From Penicillus capitatus (Eukaryota; Plantae; Chlorophyta), in the NCBI GenBank assembly GCA_965649825.1, contig OZ287710.1:372001-436000 (forward strand): a stretch of DNA of 64,000 bases, given 5' to 3'. The notes under the pieces are model-generated. The model searched no databases. It saw only the letters and a list, made by a program, of their open reading frames with translations, and was not told the DNA's origin. Position 1 is the first letter of the stretch; each line of letters begins with the position of its first letter. Position numbers and translations under genes: made by a program. Below, in pieces: positions 24,241-36,784 of the stretch.

Positions 24241-26358
24241 ATGTTTGCTGATAGACCTCTTTCGCAAACGCGACCTACACAGTCGCTCTCACGCAACTCC
24301 GTGGTGCACCGATGTAGATCCAGTAGTGGAAGGCGGCGTTTGTTCGTTCGATCGGTGGCAATGCCCATGCAGCCGCCCACTTCGAAACCTGCAAAGCGCA
24401 GCAAGGTGGAGACCATTAAAGAAAGAAGTGATTTTTTGCGCCATCCTTTGATGCAAGAGCTCGTCAACGAGAACCCATATATCAACGAAGAAGCCATGCA
24501 GCTGATGAAATTCCATGGAAGCTATCAGCAAGACCATCGAGAGAAGCGCGCTTTTGGACAGGGAAAATTCTATCAGTTCATGATGCGTACTCGACAGCCC
24601 GCCGGAAAAGTGCACTGGCAACTTTACGTGGTGATGGATGATCTGTCCGATCAAGTGAGAGCAATGATTGATATCGAGTCGTTTGTCATTTTCTGAATGC
24701 TACCGCAGTTTGGGAGTGGGACACTTCGACTGACCACGAGACAGACGTTTCAATTGCATGGTGTTCTGAAACAGGATCTCAAAACAGTCTTCTCGACGGT
24801 GATCAAGAATATGGGTTCTACTTTGGGCGCATGTGGAGATCTGAATCGTAACGTCATGGCTGCATGCGAAGTCTATGCGAATCGACCCGAATATCAGCAC
24901 GCGGCCAGATATGCAAGAGACATTGCGGATCTCTTGGCACCCCAGTCTGGTGCCTATTACGATGTCTGGTTGGACGGCGAGAAATTTGTTTCCGTCTACA
25001 AAGAGGTAAGAAGGAAGCCTACACAGGCGGATGGAGCAGTCAGCAAGATACTGTTCTTCTTCTAGGATCCAAAAGTGACAGCTGACCGTGCGTTCAATCA
25101 GCATGGGACGAATTTTGATGCCAGTCCTGAACCCATCTATGGCACGCAGTTCTTGCCGCGGAAGTTTAAAGTCGCTGTGACGGTTCCTGGAGATAACAGT
25201 GTGGATTTGCTGACCAATGATATCGGCGTTGTGGTTATGTGCAACGATCAGGGTGAGCTTGAAGGATTCAACATCTTGGTTGGTGGAGGAATGGGACGTA
25301 CACATCGTAACGAGAAAACATTTCCTCGATTGGCCGATCCTCTGGGCTATGTTCCCAAGGATGATATATTCCACGTCGTCAAAGCCATTGTCGCGACACA
25401 ACGTGATTATGGCAGACGAGACGATCGCAAATATGCTCGAATGAAGTATTTGGTTGATGAGTGGGGAATTGATCGTTTCCGCAAAGTGGTGGAACAGTAC
25501 TACGGAAAGGAGATGGAGCCCTTCAAGGTTCTCCCAGCTTGGGAGTACAAGGACTATCTGGGATGGGGAGAACAAGGAGACGGTAAGCTGTATCATGGCA
25601 TCTTCGTGCAGAATGGACGCGTCAGAGGTGGAATCAAGAAAGCGATCAGAGCAGTCGTCGATAAGTTCAAGCTGCCCACCATCATCACCCCCAACCAGAA
25701 TATCATCCTCACAGATATCGAGCCAAAGTGGAGAGAAGAGATCAATAAAGCACTGGCAGACGGGAAGGTGGCACCCGTGGAGGATGTCCACGCCATCGAT
25801 CGTTTGTCTATGGCCTGCCCTGCATTGCCGCTTTGCGGTCTGGCCATTGGCGAAGCAGAACGTGCCCTTCCAGATGTGAACAATCGTATCAAGAAGCTCA
25901 TGGCAAGTACTGGAATCGAAGAGGTTCCTGTCGTTGTTCGGATGACCGGATGTCCTAATGGCTGTGCTCGTCCATACATGGCTGAGCTGGCGTTTGTGGG
26001 CGATGGAGCCAATTCCTATCAGGTATGGGTGGGCGGCGATGCTCATCAGACACGTCTCGCTCAAGTCTACAAAGAACGTATGAAGATTGGAGACCTGGAG
26101 TCTGTCCTAGAGCCTTTGTTCTTCTACTACAAACAGTCTCGCGATGTGAATGAAGGATTTGGAGATTTCTGTGCACGAATCGGTATACAGGAGCTTCAAG
26201 AATACGCAACGGGCTACATCCCTTCAACCAAGAGACCTGCATTGCCTGGAGTGAAGGTGGATGATGTCGTTCTGGAGAGATTGGAGGCCTTGGCGAAGAC
26301 GCAAGGAAAGACGGTGGATCACTTGGTCAACGACATGCTTCAAAAGATGTCGGGTTGA
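24241..26358 (+). CDS. SIR: Ferredoxin-dependent sulfite reductase, plastid
   Basis: [38 protein letters not shown]. Siroheme/Fe-S ligands CPALPLC and TGCPNGC. Two introns. Confidence 0.97.
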
Positions 26359-26413
26359 GTGTGTGGCAGAACAGATTTTGTAGACGTTGAACCGTTTGAC
26401 AATTGTCAGTGCC

Positions 26414-29400
26414 ATGGCGACGAACGTCGAGACGTTCTGCGATCGCGTCGATGAAGTGTGTCGTCTGGTTGACGGCTTAAAGACTGGCACCCTATCTCCA
26501 CATCACGTCGAGGATCGTCTGCAGAAGAGAACGGAGAAGTCGCGCAATGCTGACAGCCAGACTCCCTTGGCTTTGACACCCGAAAGGAAGACCGAGCTGT
26601 TGCGTCAAGTGTCGTTTCTGCCTTGCAGTGCACGCTTCATATTCTGCGGCCTCTCCAGGTCGAAGATCTGAAAGAGCGTCAACAGAAGAAAGAGAACCGC
26701 CGAGATCAGTACAACGCGTATGTTCGCAAAGGAAAGAGAGAAGATGGGTCCACGGACTATCGTCAGTGGGAATTGTGGTGTCCGAGCGACGAAGACGACG
26801 AACTCGTTCGATCTTGCTTACCGAACAGGCCTGAATGCCAAGCGCTAGATAGAGACATGAAAGAGCGCCGGGAAAGGTATGGACAGACGCCGACTATTCT
26901 ATGCGGATGAGGTTTTGACTTCGCAGTCAGTTGCGGAAGCGACAAGTGGCCGAAAGAAAGCGAACGGAAGGCAATGTTGCTTTTCGCGCTGGACAGTTCT
27001 CGGAAGCATACCGTCTCTACTGCCAAGGACTGGAGGTGCAAAAGCATGACATGCGATTGCATTCCAACGCCGCTATGGCGTCTCTTCAAACAGAATCCTA
27101 TAGCCAAGCGATTGATCATTGTGATCAGGTAGACGTCTCTGCTGCTGCCGAATCCAGAAAATGCAAAAGGGTCTGCTCAGGTGACAAGAATAGCGACCGG
27201 GCTACTGAATGATCCCGGACATCCACTTCGTCTCAAAGCCCTATGGAGACGGTCTGTTGCTCAGAAAGTGTCCATCGTCGATGAAACTACCCAAAAATGA
27301 CGCGTCTTGTGGCTGCTCAGCGACTTGGACGCCGCTCCGAAGCAATCTCGGACTTGGAAGAGCTTCTGGTTTTGGAGCCAATGAATAAACAAGTTTGTAT
27401 GATCAGTCAGCCTTGTCCATAGAAGTCTTCACTACATAGGCACAAGAAGAGGTGGATTCGCTCAGGAATCTCGCTAGACTTGAAAAGCAAGAGCGCTCTC
27501 TCCACGACACCGTTCGTGCAGAATGACGCCTGCGTTGGAAAACGGGACCTACTGAACTCTTTGTTTTCAAGGGAGAGGACGACGTTTTATCTGTCGAGCA
27601 AAGACGATGCTGCGAAGTGCGCCAATGGCTCAACCATCTCGACAAGAAATCCAAGCGTAAGATCCTCGTCGAGAGCGCCAATTGACCTGTTCTCAGTCTC
27701 TGCAACTATGACAGCTTCTGTTCGCGGATTGTCCTCGACGCTCTCGAAGAAAAACCGAGAAGATGCTTCTATAAGAAAAGGACTCCTTGCACTTGAAGGT
27801 CACTATGCACCATTTAGCATTACAATTCTCTATGCTCAAGATCCTCACGACAGAGCTACTCGAAGAAGAAGCCTGTCGACGTGTCTTTCGGCAAAGTCAC
27901 GGCGTTCAAGTACTCACTGGCATCTTGATGGCCGAAAGAGAACATGTATGGTTATGATACATCCCTTGTCATCACTCTTGAAAACGCATAGATGCTGACG
28001 TTCGTGTGTGCGGTCCTCTGCAAAGCGACTCTTTATCCTCTCGTTATCGAAGACATCACAGAGTCGACAGCATTGCTGGATTTCGCCAGAAGAAGAATCG
28101 AAGAACCAACAGAACTGCAGGGCAAAGCCTTGTTTCAATTTCTGAACAGCGTTACTCGAACTTCAGAAGGACGTCGTCGACTTCTTGCGAGGGTACTCCC
28201 TGTCCAGTCGCAATCGTTGAAGGCGCTGTGCGAGTCTATTAGTCATACAAATACAGAGGCAAGATGCTTTCCATGTAGACATGCACATTCTAAGGAATCT
28301 GTTGTTTAGGATGATGTCAGGGTATCCATCATCTCACTTATCTGTTCTCTATGCCAAGATCAAAAAGGAAGAAATCACTTCCTTAAGGAACGTGTATTTC
28401 TCGACCGTTTGGTGGAATTAGCATCGAAATGCTATCAAACTCCTATTCTTGATAACAACACTGCTCGTGTTCTTCTGGAATGCACGAATCTCCTGTCGTC
28501 TCTGACTGGTACTGCAGCCGTGAGAAAAAGGATCGCTATGTCTCAGGACATTCTCTGGGGGATTGCTCACCACATGCAGCATTTTCTGCAAAGTGAAGCT
28601 CTTAGCTCTATCACAAATGTGTCATTCGTCCAGTAGGTGATCAATTTGTTGAATTGTATGCTTTGATTGCGCTGTTAGCAAATTGTCTCCTGTATCCTTC
28701 TTGCACACAGGCAATCCAAGAACAAGGAGAGCGCATTGCAGTGAACGTACACAAGATCTTAGCTTCCATTAAGTGTCCTCCGAGAGTTAAATCGGCAGCT
28801 CTGTTGGCATTGACTCGATTGACAACGGAGGGAAGCATTCTCAAAGTACAGAAGAAAACCCGGCAATCTTCTAATAACTTGACTGGTGGAGACTCTATGT
28901 TCGGGTGGATTTTTGGAGACGACAGCAGAATTACTAAGAACCGCAGAAACAGGCAGTGAAGAATGGAACTCAGACATTGAAGTAAAGATTCGAGAACACA
29001 TCGCTAACTTGTGGGCTCGAATGGCAATATCCCACCAAGATATCTTAACAGAAATGGCACAGAGAGGAATTCTAGCCATCTGCCAAAAGGTTTTTGGAAT
29101 AGACGAGAGAGAATTGTCTCTTCCAACTGTTCTTTTATGAAGGTCTTGGAAGACAGGGGAGAGGAAAGTGTATTGGGAAACGCACTGCTGATTCTTTCAG
29201 AATTTGCAAAGAATGACGGTTACAGAGAGCAGCTCGCTGAGGAGACACTGATGCGTCGACTCCTCGGTAACCAGCCTTCGTGATCATAGCACTCCAAATC
29301 CGTCTGCATAGATATTGCGACACAGGGGAACGGGAGAATCTGCACCAATGCTGGTATCTGTTTAGCACGCATGGCGGAACATCCTGTCGTGTTGGGTTTC

Positions 29401-29460
29401 ATCAAAAAGCATCACGGCATCGAGATCCTGCACAAATGTGCAGGACAGCTGAAGCAATAA
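26414..29460 (+). CDS. TTC12: TPR + ARM-repeat protein, TTC12-like
   Basis: TPR repeats (RTEGNVAFRAGQFSEAY, SNAAMASL, KALWRR), ARM-like helices, and C-terminus NAGICLARMA..KHHGIEIL matching the TTC12 end. Confidence 0.7.
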
Positions 29461-29780
29461 ACTCCCTAGACTGTTCTTATCCTGATGCTGATCCGTCTCC
29501 CTTGTTGTCGACCTCGAAAATTCACATGTCCTGCCTACAGTATATCTATCTGTTGAGTATATATCGCACGTATGAGAAAAAAGAAGAAGTTGGTTAATGG
29601 ACGAACGGATCATGCACTTTGCATTTTATGCCCGTGGTGCTATCTATTGTATCTCCCGTTCGATTTCCTTGCGGTAAGCTCCGTGTGCGCCGTCGAAATC
29701 AGAACAGAAGGACACGAACTCGACAAAAACACATCAAAGCACACTACGCATTGTTCCACGCGCTTCACCGGCGAGGTCGA

Positions 29781-32265
29781 ATGGAGATGCAAGTCTTTGT
29801 CTCTAACGATGAAGAAAACCCTTCTTCGAGTGAGAGACGACCACTTCTTTCATCGTCGGTTCCCCAAAGCAATCAACCGAATCTTAACAGACCCCATTCA
29901 GAGAGCCAGGTCCTTTCTTGCAACGTTATCAGCAGCAAATCCCATAGATTTTGTAGAAGGATGTGGGATCATCGATTCTCCAAAGCGATCAGCTGGATCT
30001 CAACGGACCGTCTTCAGAGAGCCAGGTCCTTTCCTGCAACGTTATCAGCAGCAAGCCCCACAGATTTTGTAGAAGGATGTCGGCTGCTGTACATCGAGAG
30101 GAGTGGCATCACTGGATCGTCGTTTTTTCTCGCGTCTGTGGCGTTTGCTCTGCATTCTAAAAGCCTATCCTGCTCTCATTCTCCCTCTGATTTCAATTCT
30201 GAACGCCCATGTCATTTCTAGAGGTGAGCATGCAGTGGTCAATCACTATAAGGCCTGATGATTTGTGTGGCAGTGGGTGAGGTGCCTGGAAAATTCTATG
30301 CTGTGTTCCTGAATTCTGATCGGCAGGCTCTATGGTCCCTCATCTGGGAGTCCCTGGTGCTGTTTCTAGCAGCCACTGCGATCTATGCCACTATGAACTT
30401 CATTGCAGAGATGTTTGCTTTCCTTTGGAGACGAAGATTGACTTCATACCTGATCGATCGCTACACACAGGACCATGCTTTTTACTGGTTGACAGACGTG
30501 GATAATCCTGATCAACGACTGGCACAGGATTTAAACCAATGGTCGCAGACAGTGGCCGAAATTCTTAAAGACTTGGCAGCAGTGCCATACAACCTCATTT
30601 ACTACACGATTCAAGTGCACGAGAGGCTAAATTCTTTCAAGGTCCTTCTAGCAGTTTACTTGTGGTTCTTTACCGGTACCTTCGTTCTAAAGTGAGAGAA
30701 GGGTGGGTTTCTACAACCAGAGAGCCCCTGCCTGCTTTCAGGTTTTTAATTGGTCCCTCCGCCAATCTCATTTTCGCTCAGGAGATGGAAGAGGGCAACT
30801 TCCGCGAGGCTTTGATGCGATTGAAGCATTACAAAATGGAAATTGCAGCCAGTCGAGCGGATGAGATTGAAAGGGAGGGTCTACATCGTCCTCTACACTC
30901 CGTCCTCTTCTATCAGTTGAGAGTCGTGTTGTGGAATTTCCTCATCGTATTCACTTCCAGGGTAAAACACTGTTTGCTCTCGAGTGGTTGTAATGTAAAT
31001 GCTGCAGGCCTCATCATACATAGGTACATTGATCAACTACGCCTGCATTGGTCTGGTCATTTTTTCCGGTAAGATCTTGCCGATGATCATCAAAATGATC
31101 AGTCTTTTGGAAGGTGGGTTCTCGGAGACGACGGCAGGCGATTTAACCAAACAGATATCAAACACATCTTTCTATCTTCTTATGCTTGTTAACGGTCTTT
31201 CCACAATACAATCCTCTTCGCAGAAGTTTTCCGAACTCACAGGTGGCATTTCCCAAATCTTCTACAACGTGGTCCGTTATCCACTCATCTGTTTATGTTC
31301 TGTAGGATTGACACCGAGAGTGGCTCAGCTTATCGAGCGATCGGAAGAAGTAAATTGCGAAGAAAAGCGACAAAAGGAGAGAGTAAGAGAAGCATGTTCT
31401 ATCTGTTCTCTCGTGTGTTTACGGGAGATGTCTATAGAATCTGAATATGCCTGATCATTCCAAGACATATCTCAGTAAAGACAGTGGCATCTCTCTGAGA
31501 ATACATCAGATGTCCTGCTGGACATATAGTCACCGGCTCATTGTTCGGCATCTGGATGTGTTGCTGAGGAAAGGAGAGAGTCTGCTGATAATGGGTCCCA
31601 GTGGTGTGGGCAAATCCACGTTCCTGCTTGCTCTGATGGATCTCTACGAAGACTACGAAGGCGATATCGAATTTCAACCCCCCGATAGTGTCATGATGCT
31701 CCCGCAAGCAAGCTAGCCAGCAAAATCAAACATGGACGCCACTTGAATGGCGATGCTTGCAGCGTGCTGTTATTGCCCCTGGACGAACATTAGCTGCTCA
31801 GTTAGCATATCCCAAAATCCATCTAGAATTGTCAGACGATACAATCATGAAGCTGTTGGGAGATGTCGGTTTGGATGACACTGTCCGAGCTTGGTGTGGC
31901 ACAGACTTGTCGACAGAGAGAAAGTGGGGCCGCGTCTTTTCAGCAGGAGAGCTCCAACGCATTGCCCTCGCGAGAGCTCTACTGCACAAGTAGGTGCTCA
32001 ATTCCAGTCCATCTTTGGCGCATGAGCTCTGTGTGGTGAAAGACCGAATGTGCTGCTGCTGGACGAAGCAACTTCAGCAATCTCTGCTGAATTGGAGAAT
32101 CGGATCTATATGAAGATCAAGGAAACAGGCATGAGCGTTGTGAGTGTGGGCCACGGGATGTCACTTACAGCGCACCACGACTGGATTCTCGACCTTCACG
32201 GTGATTGTCAAGGATCGTGGACACTAACGCGGAAAGAAGATGGGAGACAAACAGCTACGAGTTAA
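29781..32265 (+). CDS. ABCD4: ABC subfamily D half transporter, ABCD4-like
   Basis: LDRRFFSRLWRLL, VGEVPGKFY, WRRRLT, DNPDQRLAQD, EGNFR. Walker A GPSGVGKST, signature SAGELQR, Walker B LLDEATS. Confidence 0.85.
29850..30080 (+). repeat. Tandem duplication, 116-bp period, containing two near-identical 47-nt introns
   Basis: Introns 29910-29956 and 30026-30072 differ at 4 of 47 positions. Flanking exon peptides are similar (QSNQPNLNRPHSESQ / QSDQLDLNGPSSESQ), both followed by KDVG. Confidence 0.9.
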
Positions 32266-32407
32266 ACGAACGCGTCACATTTTCTGCCGGGACAATGTCT
32301 GAATGAATTTTCTCTGTCTTGTCATCATCTTTTTCCGCTCGCCGAGCATGAACACGTTGCCCGTGAGCAAATCACTGAAGAAGATGCACCATTGACAGAA
32401 CTGCTGC

Positions 32408-33651
32408 TCAAGTTTCCACCTTTTCAGCTCCCTCGTCGGCTTCAATCTTCAAGGCATCGTTCAATGTTTCAGCCTGAGCGCCCTGATTTCCACTCCGGCG
32501 ATTTGTTACCCCATCAGTGTCGTCTCTGAATCCAGTCGCCACCTCCATAGTACTCTGTACATGCAGATCCTTATCCTCCACTCCCTGATCGAGACCGTTC
32601 TTTCTCTTCTCCGGTGCTTCTAACTGGAACGCATTCTCATGTTTTGTTTTCGACACTTCCTCAACTGCAACGGCATTGCTCTTCGCAATCTCTTGAGATT
32701 CATTCTCTTTTTCGCTTTGTACATGCGTCGCTGTTCCTTCGGAATTCTTCGCGATCTCTGTGTGTCCATCAACAGTCGTCGTTTCTGTATTGACTGAGAG
32801 AACATTCGTGAGCATCACTAACAAATGTTAAACAGACGTACCTGTTGTTTTCGCCGGGACGGTCGCAGTACTTGTCTTGGCTTGCTGCACATTAGCTGTC
32901 GCACTCTGAGAATGAACATGTCGCACAATAACACGGTCGGAAAATGCAAAGAGCACTTGATGCATCTGTATCTGTGTTGCCAGTGCATTGATTTGCGTCC
33001 TTGCCGTTTTTAGGTCATCTTCTAAACCAGTAATCTTCTTCTGTTGCAGTTCTGTCTTTTCCATGAGGTCCTTTTGGCAGGATTCCAATCTACAAGATAC
33101 GCATACGAATCGAACAAAGGTTCCACGGGATCTGTGGGCCTAGACTTTGACTCTGTCTCCGATTTCAGCTGTTCCAGCTGGTTGTAATCACGAGAAGCAT
33201 GTTCATTCTTCTTGGCCAGTTCACTAGATTTAGCCTAGATGTACCATCCATGAAATCAACCATCCATCCATGCTTGTCTGTCATCTCCCCTACCGCCTCT
33301 TTCTCGAGAGATGCTGTCAAGTCTGAGATGGAGGATTCCCGTTTGATCAAATCCGATTCGAGTTCCTGTATTTTGCCTTGTCGGCTGCTGAGAAGAACTC
33401 CCCCCTCGACCAGTTCTGTATTTTTCTTGGACAACTCCCTTGAAGGAGAACAGCATCGAAAAGTCACAACAGAGAATTCAGAGGGCAAGAGTCAACTCTC
33501 TTAGCTGCTGGTTTATCTGCAGCAACTCATTGACTTCTTTCTTCCAGTAGCGAAACGTCACAAACAGACAAACGGCCAACGAGATAACGGCGCAGAGATA
33601 GACGCCGTTGGTCTTGGCGTGTGGTCGATGCTTGTGATGCACCGGGAGCAT
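32408..33651 (-). CDS. Type II membrane coiled-coil protein (golgin-like)
   Basis: Short basic N-terminus, TM VYLCAVISLAVCLFVTF, then a long heptad-rich region and acidic tail. Confidence 0.6.
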
Positions 33652-34011
33652 ACTTCGAATCCGTCGATATACCGAACTCTCAGAATATCAACGGACGTAC
33701 ACGTAGGGAGGTCTCCGGTTACCAAAACCGTACACTTCCCTTCCATACATACGGTACTCGGAGCCCGGCAATGTACGGGTGTGCAACCCTCAGTTAGCGA
33801 ACAGTCACGTTCACTTGGTGGTTTTGCATTTGAGGCTCTGTTGTTTTCGATAGCACTACTATTGAAATCGATAACAATCCCTGCCTGCATTCAATTTTTA
33901 GTCTCGACGTTTGTCACTCGCGGACACACACACTACTGTTGACGCTTCCGACAGGTATTATCCTGTACCCACACGACTGTTACATCACTCGCATCTTACA
34001 GGAGATTTGGG

Positions 34012-34589
34012 ATGAACCGCAGTCGACAGAGCGATGCCGAGTTCTGTTTTGAGGATCTGTTCGAAGACGACGACGACGACAATGTCAATGAAACAAACCC
34101 GTCTGGTCCCAGTTACACCTCTGCGGAAAATACGTCGACGGCTGACGCAGAGAACGGGATTTCTGCGTTGACATTGACGTTTAAGAAGTTACAGATGGAG
34201 GAAAACGAACAAACGAATCTTGCTGACGATTGGAAGAGGGATGTCGAATTGAAGTGGTCATCTATTCATACTCATGCTGACATTCCGACTCGACTGGTAG
34301 CCGATTGCCATCAAGAGATAAATGTGTGACGAAAGTGTGACAGGGATCGTCTGCACCTGTGAGGATTCCTCAGAGAAGTCTGACATGGTCTGCTCATAAC
34401 ACGGATCGTCTGCAGCAGATTAATGAAGATGGGGACGTCGAACTGCAGAGGGCAACAACATTCGTGCCACCCCATCTGACCGTCGAGCAACCAGCCATTC
34501 AGTTCTCTCTCAATTCAGGCTTAGCAGAGAAGCGAGCAATGTTGAAGGCACGCGAAAAAATCTTAAGTACGGATGACATCTCTATTTAA
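34012..34589 (+). CDS. Senescence regulator S40 / DUF584-like protein
   Basis: SSAPVRIP..W, FVPPHL, FSLNSG, KAREKIL. One intron. Confidence 0.7.
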
Positions 34590-34924
34590 CATTCAAAAGA
34601 TGTGACGGTGGATAACCGTAGGTTTTATTGAGTCGGATGGTCAGACATTCGCGGAAACATCCGATTTTCGTATTCCAACTGGAGCACCCAGTGGTTTGAG
34701 TCGTGAGTTTGGTGGCGACACATCTTCTCGAGTGGTTTCTCGACCACCAGCTGCTTAGCCGTTAGCTTTTTTAGTTCAGACTTCTATTCCTTTACACAGT
34801 TTCGGTCGGGCTTTACGGAAAAGAGGTGACAAAACATCCGTTTCCAGAGACAGTTTACGGTCCTTCTAGCAGTTGTGGAACAATGGAATGGCAAGCCATC
34901 TGTCATCACCTCCGTTGAATTGAG

Positions 34925-36737
34925 AATCACTTTATACGATTTGGAAGTTGTCAAGAGGCACTGAGCGCAACACGTTGATCGCTTTTGAAGCACTCGCATT
35001 TTACTTTTGGAAGTGGAAACCTGGACAGCATTATTTTCATGTCCATGGTTTCTATCTCATGACAGAGTTCGATGGTTCTTATGCAGTCCCGACTCGATGG
35101 ACATAGTTTTTTGATTATCGTGTGTTGGTCTCTTCTCTGCAGAAGTGGTTAAACATTCGCATAAATGGACATGGGCATGTTGCATTGCGTGAAATCTTGG
35201 AAATCATCGTGCCAGACGTAAGCCCGTTCCATCTGCTCAGTATGCAGAATCCCTCCAATCGCGGCGTCGCCTACCATGGATGCATCGTCCTGTCGCGCGC
35301 AATGGAAAAAGTTTTGCTCGTCAAGCCACAAGGATGTCCGTCGTGGTGCTTTCCACTTGCAACTGTGCTGCCTTCTTTGCGAAGCAAAGGATCGTATGAT
35401 CGGCGCATTTCTTAGGACAAACGAACGAACGGCATCGAAGCCGCAGCAAACGCCGTCCACGATCAGACCGGCGTTCATGTACTCGACTCGATAGATCCTG
35501 ACGTCTTTGTTGAGGTGCGTCGCCACACGTGCACTGGGGCCGTTGGCGGACTTTCCGAACTGTGAGTGAGACAGGTTCCTTTTCCTCCAGGGGCTTCTGA
35601 ATTGGCCCGACTGTACATCGTCCACAGTGCTCCGAAGAAAACGTCATCTCCTTCACAATACTCGACGATCGAGGAGGTCGCATGGAAAGATTTTAGACCA
35701 ATTCTAGAACTCCCAGATGGTACGCCCTTCGAGGAAGAGTCAGTCATGCCCTTCTTGAAGGATCTTCGTCAATGGGTGTTGAGGTATAGTAGTAATATTT
35801 CGGCTGATCCATGCCAAAGTGCGTGTTCTTCCAGACATCACCATCTTCGGGCGAGGGGGGACCCGCAACTCGGCAGAATCATTTTGTTCAATCGCCGACA
35901 CCACTCTGGAACTCTACCGAGATCTGTTTTGGCCTCTGCTCTTCAAAACAACGACGTGTGTTGCCCTCTTTTAATGATATTATTCGGTATTTGAGGCAAG
36001 AATTGTGTTCAGTTGCCCGATGCAGAGTATACGATATTCACGCCTTCAGAGGTCATGCATGCAGACGATATGGTTCCACGCTTCAGTCAACCAACATTCG
36101 CATGCACCCTTACTCTTTCACACTTAAACCTTGGTCTGACACCAGGTGATTTTTTTGATCTAATGCAACGGGCATGAGAACCATGTGATAGAGATTTGCT
36201 ATCTGGATGAAGAAGATGCGAAGGAAATGGCAGCCATGAGTGGCATTCTATATCTCTCTGGCGGCATCGACCAGCACTCAAACTACTTTCATTTTGCCCC
36301 AATGCGAAGTTCTCCTCCGCACAAGCCTTTCTGGAATGAGATGGTTGTCCTCTGACGGTTGGCATTCATGTCATTCCTTGTGCTGTTAGGTAGCAGAGTA
36401 TGCAAAGAGATGCAGAGAAGGTGCTCTGCTGAACGGGAACATGAGTTATTGGCAGAATCCCGGTCACGACATGATCCCACGCAGCAGTGTTCTCCAATAC
36501 AAAAGCAGTCTCAAGACATCTGTCTCGGTCCTGGAAGACTTCTGTACCAAGAAGAACTTCACGATCAAATTTGAATTCGAGGTTAGGTCTAAAGGATTCA
36601 TCGGATTGATCACTATCCCTGAACTGGGACTCAATCGGTTTGATGGAGCACTGAAGGAACACAAGCGTGACGCCAAAGAGAATGTGGCCATGATGATGTT
36701 GGACATGTTGAAGGAGAGAGGGATGTACGTTGTGTAA
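34925..36737 (+). CDS. DCP2-like degenerate Nudix domain fused to two dsRNA-binding domains (5' end unresolved)
   Basis: GCIVLSRAMEKVLLVK..SWCFP..ARLYIV..IEEVAW parallels DCP2. Introns 35365-35415, 35784-35834, 35956-36012, 36146-36191 and 36344-36389 are phase-consistent and join two dsRBD-like units. Confidence 0.65.
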
Positions 36738-36784
36738 CCGGCTCGACATACGGTTTCTTGTATATACCCGTGACAACGACGCCC

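Noticed and set aside
24700-26064. 454-aa antisense ORF
   Set aside because: Shadow of the SIR coding strand with no protein-like motifs. The same applies to 2539-3411 and 38891-39550.
36441-36737. Stand-alone 98-aa dsRBD gene
   Set aside because: An upstream acceptor at 36389 is in frame and links it to the Nudix-dsRBD model, though a separate transcript is not formally excluded.
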